Source of the DNA: Cladosporium halotolerans
Lineage: Eukaryota
Length of the DNA: 64,000 nucleotides
Reading direction: 5' to 3'
Assembly: GCF_011745625.1 (NCBI RefSeq)
Contig: NW_027191460.1
Location: 62,001-126,000 of the forward strand
The notes under the pieces were generated by a model. That model saw only the letters and a list, made by a program, of their open reading frames with translations. It was not told the origin of the DNA and ran no database searches. Numbering within the stretch: position 1 is the stretch's first letter; the number at the start of each line of letters is the position of its first letter. Position numbers and translations under genes: made by a program. Shown in pieces: positions 36,428-51,683 of the stretch.

Positions 36428-38594
36428 CTACAATTTGGCCTTGGTCGCGGCGCCGCTCTCAATCTCCGCGTACATCTCGTCGATGACGCCCCTGTACATC
36501 TTCGCAGTCTGCGGGCGCTTGAGTTTGAGACTAAAAAAACAAGTTAGCATCGCTGGATTGGGAATGATCAGGACAAGAGAAAACTTACGTCGGCGTCAAC
36601 AGCTCGTTGTCGATCGTGAAGGGTTCAGCCATCAACCGCACCGCCTTCACATTCTCGTAACTGTTGAACTTCGCCTTCTTACCAACCTTAGCCAGATCCT
36701 TCAGCACGGCGGCGCGCACCTTCGGCTGCTGAGCCGCGGCCTCCATAGCCTTGACATCGCTCGCATTCTGGGGCTTGCCCAGCACCTTACCCAGGAAAGC
36801 CGCGAACAAGTCGGCCTGGATACCGAAGATCGCGACCAAATTCGACTGCGAAGAGTCGCCGTGGACGTACGCCTGGGCGAGGTAAGGGCAGTTGCCGAGG
36901 TAGACGTTCTCGATGCGCTCGGGGGAGATGTACTCGCCCTGGGCGAGCTTGAGGACGTTCTTCTTGCGGTCGATGATCTTGAAGCGGCCCAGCTCGTCGA
37001 TGGCGCAGACGTCGCCCGTGCGGAACCAGCCGTCCTCCGTGAAGGCCTTCTTGGTCTCCTCGTCGTTCTTGTAGTAGCCTGTCGTGACGGTCGGTCCGCG
37101 GATGAGCAGCTCGCCGCGCGGGTGCGGCTTGTCGGTGCTGTAGTAGTCCATGTCAGGCACGTCGGCAAGACACAGCTCGGAGACGGGCATGGGGCCGCCG
37201 CAGTTGCCGACGGTGAAGTCGCCGGGCGCTTGGATGAGCGAGCAGGCGAAGGTCTCGGTCAGGCCGTAGCCCTGAAGGAGCTTGTTGCCCATGACTGCGC
37301 GAAGGAATTGGTGGAGGTCGGGGTCGAGGGGAGCGGAGCCGGATACCATCACGTTTGCACGGTCGAGTCCAAGCGCGCTCGCGACCTTGCTTCCCCAGAT
37401 GCGGTCGTAGAGGAAGTGCTGGTTTGTGGCCTTGGCCGGATCCGGGTTCTTCAAGTTCGCCATTTTCGTGCTCATGACGTGTCGTGAGAGAGCGCCCTTG
37501 AAGCCCGAAGCCTCGACTGTCTGGCTCTTGATGACACCGCCAAAACGATTGAACAGGCGCGGGACTGAGGTGAAAGTGTTCGGTCGCAACAGCTTGAGGT
37601 CATCGACCAGCTCCTGAATATTGCCGTGGAAGTAGCCAATCGCAGTGCCTGACCACAGGATGCCGTGTTCAGTAAGGCGCTGGAAGATATGGGCCAAGGG
37701 AAGGTAGGAGCAAGCGACAGATGTAGGGTTCACATCCACTGTGACAAGGACAGACGCTGCCGCAGCTACCGCCGCAGAGTGTGTCAGGACCACGCCCTTG
37801 GGGTTGCCGGTTGTTCCTGATGTGTAGTTGATGGTGACGATGTCGTCAGGTCTCGGCAGGTTCGCAGGGCGTGGCGAGGTCTCACCAAGAGCTTCGACGT
37901 CTCCCATGTAGTGAATTTGAACGCCCTTCTCAGCCGCCATCTCGTTGAGGAGGTCTTTCTTCGACCTGCCGGGGAGTTCTGTGCCGTCGGAAAGCGGATC
38001 CGCAGAGATAATCAGCTTTACGGTTGGGCAGCGATCCGACAGCTTCAAAAGTGTCGGAATGTGGTTTACGGAGGTGACAACCGCGGGAAGTTCGGCATGG
38101 TTGATGATGTATTCGGTGGAATCGGGGCCCAGGGTGTCGTAGATGGAGACGCTGTACAGAGACTGCGAGGCGCACGCCAGATCGGTAATCTGCCATTCCG
38201 GGCGGTTCTGACACCAAAGGCCGATACCGTGTTGCCTCCCATGCACACCGACGCTCTCAAGGAGCCCAACGAGACCGGCGCCAAAATTGGTCTTCCTCTT
38301 GTGGATTTCGCCATATGTCTCCCAGACGTACGGGCCGAAGGTTTTGGTGGCAGGGTCGTACGGCCTGTGACCCAAGCACCTGCCGTTCGGGACGCGCTTG
38401 GCGGACGACTCAAAGATATCGTGGGTCGAAGACACGGAGGGGTCTAGTGTGTGCAACAATCCTTCTCCGAATCGCCAATGCCTGTGTACCGCGCTTCTGC
38501 CCTCTTTCTCGCTGTTGGGCACGATGCTGCTATAACGCGCTCCTGGGGGAGGCGGCGCATGGAGCCTGCTGGCCTCTTCGAGCACACGACTCAT
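36428..38594 (-). CDS. Long-chain acyl-CoA synthetase, peroxisomal (PTS1 -AKL)
   Basis: YTSGTTGNPKG, SYLPLAHI, QGYGLTET, GWFRTGD and IIDRKKNVLKLAQGEYISPE. Intron 36531-36588. C-terminus reads ...GAATKAKL*. Confidence 0.95.
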
Positions 38595-39698
38595 TTTGGC
38601 TGCAATCGCTAGGGTTTCGGGAAGAGGTGTGATCGAGGTGTTACGAGGCGGATACGCTGGCAATCCGGTGTTACGGGATGCGATTGGTCGCAAACGGGCT
38701 TTTCAAGCTGGGTCCCGTCGCGGGTGACTGCAGTGAAGGGATCATCAGTCGGCTGTTCCTAAGCTCGTCATGATCCTGATGCAAGCGACTCTTACTGTTC
38801 ACTGTTCAGGCTTGAAGGTGGATTCAGCTTGTAGACGTGTGTGAGTTAAAGGGCCCGAGCAAGCGGGACGAAGTCTGCAGCACAAAGAAAGCGTTGGAGC
38901 AATGGATTGTCGTCAAGAGATGCGAGACGGTGCGCAAGAGAGATCCAGGTAGATTTCAAGGACAACCGAGGATGGTTGCGAGCAACGCACACTAAGACAG
39001 TCTTCCGCCGTGGCCGGGCACGCCGAGCCAGGGCGACTCGGAGCGCAGAGTTGAGGCTCAAGGCTGCGGCCGAGGAGGATTGCATCACCCGACCAGGGAT
39101 GCTTTTGTCGCAAGCCGAGGTACCGCGGTGGCCGGACACATCGCCGGATCCAGACGCATTTGCGGGTCGGTGCCGGGCCACGAGATTATTATTGCGGAGA
39201 ACTGTATAATCCTGATATATGTACACGAATGCACTTCTCACGCGCTGGAGGATGTGGTTTTGCACAAGGCTGTTTGAAGCCATTCACGGCGTCTCTTCGA
39301 CACTCGTGAAGAGATCGACCAACGCCCGGCACCGGTACCTGTGGACTGGAAGCTTCACATGTCGGTGCCAAGCCCTTCCCCGGCAAGCCAGAAAGTCAAA
39401 ATTCGGGCGTGCCGCGAGCGTAAACCGAGGTCGCATACATAGGTCATCATCATCCATGTAAGAGCCACAGTCCATGACATGCCGACTGAATGCATTTGAG
39501 GAAGAAGTGGGAGCGATACGCGGTCCGGCGGACGAATGATGGTAATATCATATCAAATCAGGGACTGTTTGACGGGTTCTTTTGCTGCGGACAAACACCG
39601 TCCGGCGCTGCTGACAACGTCAGCCAGCCATGTGCATCAAGTTGCAGCATCGTAACTCATATCATAATGTTCGCAAGCTATCGCTGTAGACAAAACTA

Positions 39699-41236
<1,538 letters not shown>

Positions 41237-41849
41237 TTTCGCAATCTGTTCTCTTAATTGTTGCAATCTGGTCTTTGGTTTGCTCCTCCTGGACATGTAA
41301 CAGCAGGTGGGACAGAATCGAGGTTGGAGGGTGATAGTCAAGGAGACAGGGATTTGGAAGATGGTATGATCGGCTGATATTATTTCTTTCAGAAGCTCGT
41401 ATAAGCTCAATCCCCAAAAAATGGCGTGCTCGTGGTATGAGTGGGAGCTCTGGGAAAAATAATATGTGATCTGGCGACAGGGTCTCATCTGTGCCCCGCA
41501 CATCAACAAAGCATTGGACCGAGCCCCGCCTATGGCGTGCTCGCGCGATGCTCGTCTGACTCCTTAGGACATCACTCCATTTACCCACCGGTGATATGGG
41601 GGCCAATGGAATGTCTCCAGTCAAATCAATGCTTGCTGTAGCGACCAAGCTAGTGCCCCGAAGCACACCAGCTAGTTGGTATCACAAATGATTGAGTTTG
41701 CGTAAAGCTACCCTGAACGTCCCTCGAAATCGCTGCACGGCAATGCAAGATAATAAATTACATGCAGGGGAGTTGGGGCGTTCATTTGTCAGGTCGGGAA
41801 CATTTTGATAATTTTGCGATTGTGGATGTCAGCCTCTATGTATGTGCTG

Positions 41850-44800
41850 TTACACGGCCTCTTCTCCCTCCACAATCCTGACCCTTGACTGCTGCGAGCC
41901 CTTCACCACCTTGACTACCATGCCAGCGCTCTCGCAGAATGTCTCACAGCTCGGAATGGGTTGCGCCTTGCTAGCATCGTCCGCGTTGTCCTTCCCAGCC
42001 GCCTGCACGTCAAGCTGGGGCAGGGAATGCGAGCCCAGTTTCAGCGGCACCAACACAATAGGGAAGGAGAGCGCCTCGCCCGGAGTCCCATCTGTGCTCA
42101 GTGGCAGGGAGAAGTGCTTCTTCTTCGATCCACCAACAAGCCAAGTGTCGGGCACAGCTTGCACGTCTAGGAAAAACGCACTGCTCTTCTCATCCGGCTT
42201 CGTCCCAAACACGCTTTCGGTGCTCCAGGATCTCGTGTAGTCGACTCTGAGTTCCGCATTGACGGGCTGGCCCACCTTGACTACGGTCTCCATGCCGGAT
42301 TGGCCATCAAATCCTGGCTCGAGCAACGCGATGCTAACGTTGAAGGCAATGTCCACCGTCGGGACTTCGACAGCCAATGAAATGCATCTATCTGCCTCAG
42401 TCGAAGTTGTCGGCAACTTAATGTCGACACGGGGATGGCCAATGTGCCATTTCATCAGCCAATCGGTCAGCGCTCGCTGAAATGTCGCAGGCAGGGTATC
42501 CACGATCTCGAACCACCCAAGGTCTGCGAAGCTCGGCACTTTGGCCGTGCTCAACAGAGCCGCCGTATCCATGTCGCTCGGCAGTAGGCGTAGTCGAGTG
42601 CGTTCCTGCAAGACCGGCAGCAGCAACCTACGTAAGTGCTTGAAATCGCTCGCCTCGAGACCGCGTGCGAATGTGCTGCTGAGAGAAGCCAGGATCAGTT
42701 CTTCCACGGACTGATATCGCACTGCGAGTGACAATGGGGCGTCTTTCTTCGTCAAGGGCTTTGCGCCGCTTGTCAGGCCTTTGCGCGTGACTTTGTAGAC
42801 CAGGCTCACTGGAGCGTTATCGACGACCATAGTCGGTAACACGCTGACAGGCGGCTTCTCGATGGCGTATGCTTCGCTATCCTTCAAATTCGCACTCGTG
42901 ACAGCAAGAGGGCAGCCGTTCGTCGTCTGAATCGTGAACGTCGAGAACAGTATCTCATGACGGAATAGGTCGTTGACCTCGACGTCTAGCGGCAGCACAG
43001 CCGGGAGCTTAACCGCAGCAACAAAGGTGAAGCCCCCAGACTCGGTCTTGTAGTGAATCTCCAATCTTACAACAATCTTGCTTAGTGCGTTGTCCATGCT
43101 GTAAGGGATCATTAGAGACGCTTCCTGATCGGCTGCGAGACCACCGAGAGTCACGACGCCGACTTTAGCATCCTTCTCGCTTCTGCGTTCACAGCCTGTT
43201 GTCTTCGCGTCCGCGAGATACAATCGCAGACCAGCACTAGCAGGTTTGAGCCGAAGGTCCATCTCCTGGACCTCATTCCAGCCACTTCCAAGTTTCAAGT
43301 GGAGATGCTTCGTCTTACCCATGTGATCATCCTTTCCGAGCTCTATGCTGGCATCGAAGGCTCTGGTGTGCGGGTAGAGCAAGACGAAGGGCCGCTCCCT
43401 CCGCGACCGCTCTTCATCGACAGACGGCGCGTAGACAATTCCCAGAGCAGACGTTTCTGGTATCGTCGGAGGACGCAAATCATGGCAGAAGCGGAGCTTC
43501 TTCGCCTTCAAGATGACCTTGTCGATGAAATACGCGCCGAAAGTCGTGGCGTGACTCTCAACGTCGACATACACGACGCCGTTCTTTATCTCCAAAGGAT
43601 CCGACCGCGTGACGGTGATTTCCGTTTGCGGGTCATCCACCTTCACAAGCTTGATGCAGATCTCGTCTATCGTGATATTGTCGTCCAGAACATGCCGCAA
43701 GCTGAAACGGTACGTGAAGCCATCTCTGTCCTCCAGGAGTGCGATTTCACGCCCGAGCTCGATGTCATCGAAGACCTCGCTCATATTCGCGTCCAGATCA
43801 GTCGGCAACTCCGCCGAGGCGTCCACGAGTTGCTTCAGATAGCCCTCTGCGCTCCCTTCTTCGTCTTTGCTGGCTTTCTTGCCTTCTATCCGCCTGCCAG
43901 CGGCCTTCTTGAGGAATCCCAGCAACACCTGCGCGAAGTCTCCTTTCCTGTTCAAGCGCTTCAAGCACTCGGAGAGGTCTCGCACGACTTTCGCTTCTTG
44001 CAGGCTCCAGGCGTCGCTGGCGTAGAGCGGTAGCACGTACTCGAAATACCTCGCAGCGGCGGTGAAGTCGCGCTGCTGGAACTTCAGCATTGCGATGTCG
44101 CCCATGATCGTCTCCGCGGATTTTGAGTGCGTCGCAGTTGTGTACAAGCGGACCGCGAGGGAGGAGAGGTCCTCGAAAGCTGAGAGGAACGCGGGCTGAT
44201 CGGCGAGTAGATGGGCGAGGTGAGGGGTGACGAGTGCGAGTGGTTCCTCTCTAGGTTTAGACTTGCTGGACGACTTTTCCGCGTCAGACGGTTCTTCGTT
44301 CTTGTCGTCTTCATTCTCCTCATTCTCGTCCAGCTTGACGTCGTCGAGACCCTTGGATGGAGAGTCTAACGAATTCCATCCGGCAACCCATCCTCGCTTC
44401 TCGGCAAGATGCTCGAGAGTTCTCCTTTGGATCATCACTAGCTCGGCCCTATATGCTGCCAACTCCACTAGCCCAGGCTTTTCAGGGGCCTTGGGTGCTT
44501 CGCCCCCAGCAAATCCTTGTGCTCCGTTCTTCAGTTGGCCAGGCAAGCTCGTAGTACGCGAGGGGTACAGGTTGGCGCCCATGGCGAATCCGAAATCAGG
44601 CCGCTTCAGTTTTGAGGTGGTTCCGTTAGCAGACTCGTCACCGTCGAGACCAAGCAGGGCAGTGTCAGTCTCAGCAAGGACCTGAGTGGCGAGAGAAAAA
44701 GCCCAAGATGATATGAGAGGCTCCAAGTCGGCAGGAGACACTTTGGTAGATTCGGACCTATACAAAAGCTATCAACACATGGCCTTTTACAGCTGTTCGA

Positions 44801-46260
44801 CAAGATGTAAGTGCATGCGTACCCGTTGATCTGGTCCTGCCGCAAAGCACGCGCGCTGCTCTGCACGAAGCTGAGCGCTCGCCAGCAAACCTCAGCGAGA
44901 AGGACGAGGTCTTCGCCGCCTTCTTTGAAGTTGCTGCCGAACTCTGATCGAGCCAGTTGCGCGCCCGCCAGGCGGAGGAGAAGGGCCTTCTGTCGAGAGA
45001 AGAGGTAGCAGGAGAAGTCGAAGACGGAGATCTGGCTTCGGACGATTTCCTGTCGGTAGTCCTTGTCGAATAGATTAGACACTTTTTCGCCATTGCTGGT
45101 AGTTTTGTCATCGGCTGTGTTAGGTGGCCCGATGATTCGTTCCTGAGCATCTCTTGTAGTTGTCGCGAACGAAGTCGCTGTTCCTTCAGCATTGCCGGAT
45201 GCAATATCTCGCACCACCGTTTCCAACCCTACAGTTAGTTCATCATATATCGCCAGAGCGTCCTCCACCAAGCCCATGCTCTCCAGCGCTTTTGCAAGAC
45301 CCTCCTTGTGAATGAAGAAAGTGCAGAAATTCCACCCAGGCATAGACCGCCTTGCTTCCTGCGCCCCGATATCATCTTCGTACTGTCGAACCCGCGCATC
45401 GAATGGAAGCAATATGAGGCTCTTGAACTTGGTAACCAGATCAGCCCAAGCATTCTCTCGCTCCTGCGGGCTTTCTCCAAGCGTCTGCGCAACAGCGGGA
45501 GTAGGCAAGAGATCAGGAGGGACCTGATTTTTCAACAGTCGTATTTGAGCAATGCGATCAGGGCTGTTCTTGCTCGACTCGTTGAAATCCGCCCGCAGCT
45601 TATCGAACACTGTCCTCGTGCTCTTCCCCGGCAGATAGTTCTTGCTCTTCGTCCGCTCCTTGAGCTCGTCCGGATCTCTTGAGCTTTCGCGCCATCTCGG
45701 TTCGCTGGCAGCGACCGTATCCGGCACCACCACGTGCAAAATCATCCACTCGAACGCATCGTGTTTCTCGCGCTTCCCTTCAGGCTGCGTATTATCCCTG
45801 ATCCACTCCTGCAGGCGCTGGCGCTCGCCCGCCTTGTAGGTATCTTTGTCGTCACATCGTAGCACGTATATCTTCAGGTAAGGGCTCGTTTTCAATCCAG
45901 GGATCTGGTGTCGTCGCTCTTTCACGGCGGCATTCTTCTTCTGATCTGGTCCTGCGCCGGCGATCTCGAAACTGGTCGGGCCGTCGGAGTCCACGCGCGA
46001 GGCGGGCGGACGCAGGGAGTTTTGCGTGTCTTTGTCCGGGACGAATTCGACGTGTAGGGACTTAATCTGCCGTAGGGGGCGAGCGTGGGATTGCCAGTTG
46101 AGGTTCTTGAGAGGGAGACGAGCCGCTAGGTCGCGTGACACGAGGGGAAATAGGCCGGCGGGGTCATGATACTCCACTATGATTGTGGTCAGTAAGTAGG
46201 ACACGGAATCGAGTCATCTGGCCAATTACCTGTAACCTTGGAGCTGCTGAAGGCCTCCAT
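41850..46260 (-). CDS. TRS130: TRAPP II subunit Trs130/TRAPPC10
   Basis: MEAFSSSKVT/VEYHDPAGLFPL, LPLKNLNW, ERRHQIPGL, PGWNFCTFFIHKEGLA and a C-terminal WLVGG. Introns at about 46178-46229 and 44758-44823. Confidence 0.92.
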
Positions 46261-47027
46261 TACTCCGTGTCCCAGTCTCGCAGCAGCAGTTGATCAAGCT
46301 TCGTTGCAATTTAGCTAGGAGCATTGCGCTTGCGCGACGCAATGGGCTACCTCATTGCAATGAGCGTTTAGCTGTGATCAATCCTCTAGAAATGTGTCGT
46401 TTGCTTGAGGAAGTTCTACGTAGACTGTAACGCAAGCACGCGCAATTGCAACGCAGCAAGGCGCATACACCGAGGACCCCTGCTCCCTCGCATACAGCTA
46501 CGTCGACTTTCAAAAAGGCCGAGAACCTTAAGTACACCTCCCGATATTTGCACCTCACAATAGGAGGGGTTCTCCGACATAGCCATAGTCAACATCACGA
46601 CATCGACTTACAAAGAGACAAAAGCTAAGGCACATGACTTTTGATATCACTATTCACACGACTCGATAGACGCCGGATACCGCTACGAAAGAAGTCATCT
46701 TGCATTCAATGCGGCAGGCTGTAGTCCTTTCAAGCTGTTCTAGACAGGATTCAGTTGTATCGAAGCAGATTGAACTAACAGCGTGCGAGAAGATATTTCA
46801 TTCAATTCCAATAGCCCTCAAGAAACGCATCGTAGACGATTATCTCTCCTTCTGATCAGACCCAGCCAGTCCAGCCCTACCAACACGCCTCCCCCGATTG
46901 GCCGGCTTCACCCGTCCCGACCATCGAAGCCGCATATCCAACATCTCGACCTCATCGCCGCCGCCGCCAAATCCCTCCCACCGCCGCAGACCACCCACCC
47001 ACGCCGCCTCACACCAAACCCGCAACA

Positions 47028-47572
47028 ATGCAGCCCACTCTCGTCCAGCAGGTGCGCCCTCCCACCAAAACAATGCCGCCCGCCCGCCAGAACCCGAAGC
47101 GCTGACACGCAGGAAAACCACCAGGCCCAGTACGGCCTCAAGTCAGAGGGCCGGCACGGCGTCCAGCAGTGGCGCGCCCGCGTCCCCTACGAGTCCTTCA
47201 AGAGCCAGTACGGCCCGAAGTAAGCACCCATCCGCCAAACCTCCCGGTCCCACGCGCAAAGACACAATCGCTAACCAGCCCGCGCACCACAGCTACTCGA
47301 TCCCCAAGGTCAAGCTCGGCCGCTTCACGCCCGCCGCGCTCACCAGAATGTACGCCCCGAACCCCCCCGCCCCTCCACAGCAGCAAGCGCACACCGACTG
47401 ACATTTGCAACGCAGGGGCCCCATCGGCGCCGCCTTCGGCGTCTCGGCCGGCATCTTCGCGATCTTCTTCTTCGACGGCATCCCGCGCGTGCAGGCCGAC
47501 ATCCTGCAGAAGATCCCCTTCGTCGGCGAGTTCTACCACAACGAGATCGCGCCCGAGGACAACCCTTTCTAA
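47028..47572 (+). CDS. QCR10: Cytochrome bc1 complex subunit 10 (4 exons)
   Basis: The spliced product ends AAFGVSAGIFAIFFFDGIPRVQADILQKIPFVGEFYHNEIAPEDNPF*. Canonical introns start at about 47052, 47220 and 47350. Confidence 0.92.
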
Positions 47573-48137
47573 GCGGCTTCGCGCGTCTCTCATTTGTTTT
47601 CTGTTCATACATCGCGGAAAGAGGGTGATGGGGAAGGGGGGGAGGACACGAGGACGATGGGCTTGTACGTTAGAGCGCTAGAAAATCTGTGTATACAAGC
47701 GGTTGAGGGATCTATGTGAAGCGAACAATTCGAGTGAGGATTGTGAGTGCTGTGAGAAGTGTCGAAGGGGCGGGGGTGAGCGGGCAGATAGGCTGGGCTA
47801 CCATGGACGTGTAATGGAGCGCCAGACAAGAAATGTTTCTGAACATATTTGTTTTCTTGTCATACATACAGGAGACGTTGCCGCGGTATGCTTGCCGATC
47901 CGTAAAACACAGGCAATGGCCGCCTGATGATAACCATACGCCGTGGGAACTCAAGCCCATCAAAACACAATGCAAGGGTATAACCATGCTGACCTCGCAT
48001 TTCCGCTTCCATGAACAACGCCAATCCCAATACACGTGCCATGGCAGGCCTCTAACGATGCCACCCAGGTAGACGTGCGCCGCAACCATGCAGTCGTTAA
48101 TCATGCTTCGCCAGCCTACCATAGTATCCGATGCGTG

Positions 48138-49823
48138 CTACACATGGACCCTCGCAAAGCTGCTCACGTAAGGATTAGCCTTAGCAATATCATCGTGAGC
48201 TCCGTTGCCAGTAGCTGGGTACTTCTCTGCCATCGTACGGCCACCTTTCTTCTTGTTCTTCTTGCCCCTCGTGCTACCGACACCGTTACTTGAGTTGTTC
48301 GAGCTGACGTTGGCAGCCGGCTCGATCTTCTTGGGCTCCTCCTTCTCCTCTGGATAAGAGGAGTGCGTGGGCTTGCCAGATGCATCGACAGGGGTGTATT
48401 CCCAGCACATGAATTGCCAGTTGAGCTCTTTGCGCCAGCAAAGACCGTATCCGAGTCCAACAGGTCCGGTGTCGTTACTAGTGACTTCGGATGTCAGACC
48501 ACCGGTCTTCGGCATGCGGTGCTTGAACACGACTCGTCCGACACGAGAGTGGACGAGAGCCATTGAGCACATGACGCAAGGCTCGTGTGTGAGGAAAACC
48601 TCGAGCTTGAGGCAGAGGTAACCGTCCGGCTTGAGATTGTTGTGCTTGAAGTAGGAATCCTCGAAGTCGTTCAGGGGGAGGTCGAGGAAGAAAGCATCGC
48701 GTGACTTCTCGTCGCGCGCGAGACCAGCAGCAGCGAGTGCCTTTTCGCCTTTGTTTGCGGTGCGGGTGGCTGGTTGGGAGGCGACACGGAGGCGCTTGCG
48801 GCCCACCATACCAATGGCACGCATGGCGGCGTGGCACATAGGGTTGCCTTTGCAGGGGTGATCGCCGATGGCCTCACCGGAGACGTCGGCTGCGTTTGGC
48901 ATGGGCTTGGAACGAGCGTCACCGGCTACGGCGACGACCTGTGTCTTGTCGTTAACACGCTCCATGATGACACAGCCGGTTGCAGAAGTCGAGTAGCCCT
49001 GAGCGAAAGTCTCTTCGCCAGCCTTCTCGGCAAGATCAATGGCCTCTGCGACGCCAACATTGCCGATAAGCGGGTGCTTAAGATCGCTTTCGGCCTTGGA
49101 AATCGTGCCGGGGTGAGCACCAAACGGGTTGGTCTTGCGGTAGAATGTCGGCCAGTACTTCTTCGACCATTCCTCTGCCTGCTCTGGCTTAGTGGGCGGT
49201 TGACGGGGAACGGTAGCCTTCTTGATCTCGAGCGGGTAAGCCCAGGAGTCGGCATCGGAGCAGAATGGCGGGTACTTCAATAGAAGAGAATGGAGGTCGG
49301 GGAGAGAGATGAGGTGTGCCGGGCAGACGAGCAGATACAGAGTCATTGTTTTCTTGTCAGCACCGCTCTTCTTGGCTGGGTTAGGCGATCCCCAACCATT
49401 AGTCTCGGGATCTTGAAACGCAGTTTGAGGAGTGGCGTCGTCCCAGGTGCGCTGGACAGAGTGCATTTCCTTGACAAGGTCACGCTGGCCAACCACATGG
49501 TCGGGCATGAAACGCGGACGGGCGAAGCGGCGGAGATGCTGCAGGTCGATGGTGTCTTGTCCGGGGATGTTGTCTTTGATTACTCTGCGAACGCTGTCAG
49601 CACATGTACATGGTATCGATATGAGTGGCCTCGCTGTCGATGGGCGGTGGCGGGTGGCGTACTTCAGGATATTCTCGGCGTGCTTGCTAGGCAGCTCGAT
49701 ACTCCACACGTCGACCGTCTCGTTGCCGAGGCGGCACTCTTCCTTGGTCTTGATGTGAACCATCTGCCGACGCAGCACATCGACGACAGGGTCAGCTGCC
49801 TTGGAACCCTTAGCCCGAGGCAT
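48138..49823 (-). CDS. TAD3: tRNA adenosine-34 deaminase non-catalytic subunit Tad3/ADAT3
   Basis: LQHLRRF, WSKKYWP, NPMCHAAMRAIG (catalytic Glu absent), GYLC, THEPCVMCSMALVHSR and WRKELNW. Intron 49585-49662. Confidence 0.93.
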   Translation of the reverse strand: MPRAKGSKAADPVVDVLRRQMVHIKTKEECRLGNETVDVWSIELPSKHAENILKYATRHRPSTARPLISIPCTCADSVRRVIKDNIPGQDTIDLQHLRRFARPRFMPDHVVGQRDLVKEMHSVQRTWDDATPQTAFQDPETNGWGSPNPAKKSGADKKTMTLYLLVCPAHLISLPDLHSLLLKYPPFCSDADSWAYPLEIKKATVPRQPPTKPEQAEEWSKKYWPTFYRKTNPFGAHPGTISKAESDLKHPLIGNVGVAEAIDLAEKAGEETFAQGYSTSATGCVIMERVNDKTQVVAVAGDARSKPMPNAADVSGEAIGDHPCKGNPMCHAAMRAIGMVGRKRLRVASQPATRTANKGEKALAAAGLARDEKSRDAFFLDLPLNDFEDSYFKHNNLKPDGYLCLKLEVFLTHEPCVMCSMALVHSRVGRVVFKHRMPKTGGLTSEVTSNDTGPVGLGYGLCWRKELNWQFMCWEYTPVDASGKPTHSSYPEEKEEPKKIEPAANVSSNNSSNGVGSTRGKKNKKKGGRTMAEKYPATGNGAHDDIAKANPYVSSFARVHV

Positions 49824-50182
49824 GGTCGATGAGGTTGCTGTTGGTGGTGTGTTGCGCAGAAGTGCGGCGGGAAGGGAGAAGAAGGCGACGACATCGTGAA
49901 AAGGCCGCAGCAGCTGCGCCAGGAAGGCGCCCACGAGCGCAAACATCGCGCCTTCCTCGTTTGATGTCGCAGCTCACGCTTTCACTGCCTGCGCGCTGCG
50001 TTTGGACTTTTTCCCTCAGGCGCACGCGGGGCAGGCGGGTCCAACGCTGCGGGCGGCCGCTGCCGACGGGTACCTGCAGTAGCGCGAGGCTACTCTGCGC
50101 GGAGGAGCGTCCATCCAAACCGCGTCGTCCTCTCTGCACGCGTTCCCCGCCTTATCTCCGTCTAGTGGCAGCAGCGACAGCC

Positions 50183-51683
50183 ATGGGCCTGGAGATGCTG
50201 CCGGACGAGTCGCGGTATACCGTGGGTGCGCTCAAAGAGCAATGGCCGTGCAGGGAGCCGCAGCTTCGACAGTTGAATGCTGTCCTCTCAGTAAGCTTTC
50301 CTCTGAACAAACACCTGCGACGCACACAATGCTGACTCCAATAGCCAACCTTGCCCAATCCTCCTGCCCTGGTCGCATATGGCGCGCAAGCCACTGGAAA
50401 GAGCAGCATCGTCAGATCATACCTCGAGACTAGCCGTCAACGACATGTAATAGTCCAGTGCAAGGAATGTGTCACGGGTAGACACCTGCTCGAGCGGACG
50501 GCCGCAGCAGTCCACCAGAGCCTGCAGACAGAGGCGGTCAAGGGAGATGCAGAAACATACACGGGGCGGTGCGAGAACATAAGTGCGCTTGTGTCTCACC
50601 TTCAGCGTATGCTGCGGCAAGTCGACCATTACGTGCTAGTGTTCGATGGGATCGACCGGCAGAGAGAAGCTCCACCAACATTACTCCCAGCGCTGGCACG
50701 CTTAGGAGAATTTGTAAGGCTCATCATGTGAGGTATAGCATGTGCAAAAGAACTAACCGGCACTACAGATAACTAACTTGACGACGCTGTTCATTGTACG
50801 ACATGCCCCGCCACGTTTCCTCCATCATCCCGGCGTTCCTCATATCCACTTTCCTTCCTACACTCGGAATCAGAGCATCCGCATCCTGTCCAACGAGCCA
50901 TTAGACATCTTCGAGTCCTCTTTCCCGGAGGATATGGACTACGACGAAGAGACTCACGCGGAGGACAAAGACTGGCTTTGGCCCAGATTCTGCGCCGCAG
51001 TCTGGGACTCACTTGCGCAGAGCTGCGCGCGAGACCTCTCCAGCTTCCGCGACGTATGCCACAAGCTTTGGCGGCCTTTTGTCGCACCCATACACAAAGG
51101 AGATTTCGGCACACGCGATTTCAGCCGACTGCTAGTCGCACAGCGCAAACTGTTCCAAGACGAGTCTGCCCTTTCCGATTCGATCATCGCAACACCCACA
51201 GCACAGACTTCGGTCGTCAAGTCGAAGTCCCACGACCTCCCTTACTACGCCAAGTACATCCTCCTCGCGGCCTATCTCGCATCATCAAATCCCGCCCGCC
51301 TAGACCAAATCTACTTCATGAAATCGACAGAGCGCAAGCGAAGAAAGAAAGGCGGCGGCACCGCTCGCTCCGGCGGAGGCAAACCAAGCCAGAACCGCAA
51401 GCTGCCCCGGCATCTCCTTGCACCTTCGCCATTCCCTCTCGATCGGCTGCTGTCGATATTGTACGCCATCCTGCCGCACGACTTCCGCAGCACGATCGAC
51501 GTGTACGCCCAGATCGCTACCCTCGCCAGTCTTAGGTTGCTGGTCAGAGCTGGCGGTATTGGTGGCGGGGATCCTCTGGAAGCGGGTGGAAAGTGGAAGG
51601 TTGGGCCGGCGGTGAGCTGGGAGTATGTGCAGAATTTGGCGAGGACGCTGGATTTTGGGTTGCTGGATTACATCGCGGAGTAA
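50183..51683 (+). CDS. ORC5: Origin recognition complex subunit 5
   Basis: WPCREPQL, Walker A YGAQATGKS, LLPALARLGE, IHFPSYT, LLAAYLASSNP and FPLDRLLSI. Introns at about 50291-50344 and 50714-50769. Confidence 0.94.

Noticed and set aside
50138..50143. ACGCGT MCB-like site upstream of ORC5
   Set aside because: A single 6-mer in GC-rich DNA, only about 40 nt from the ATG; not enough support.
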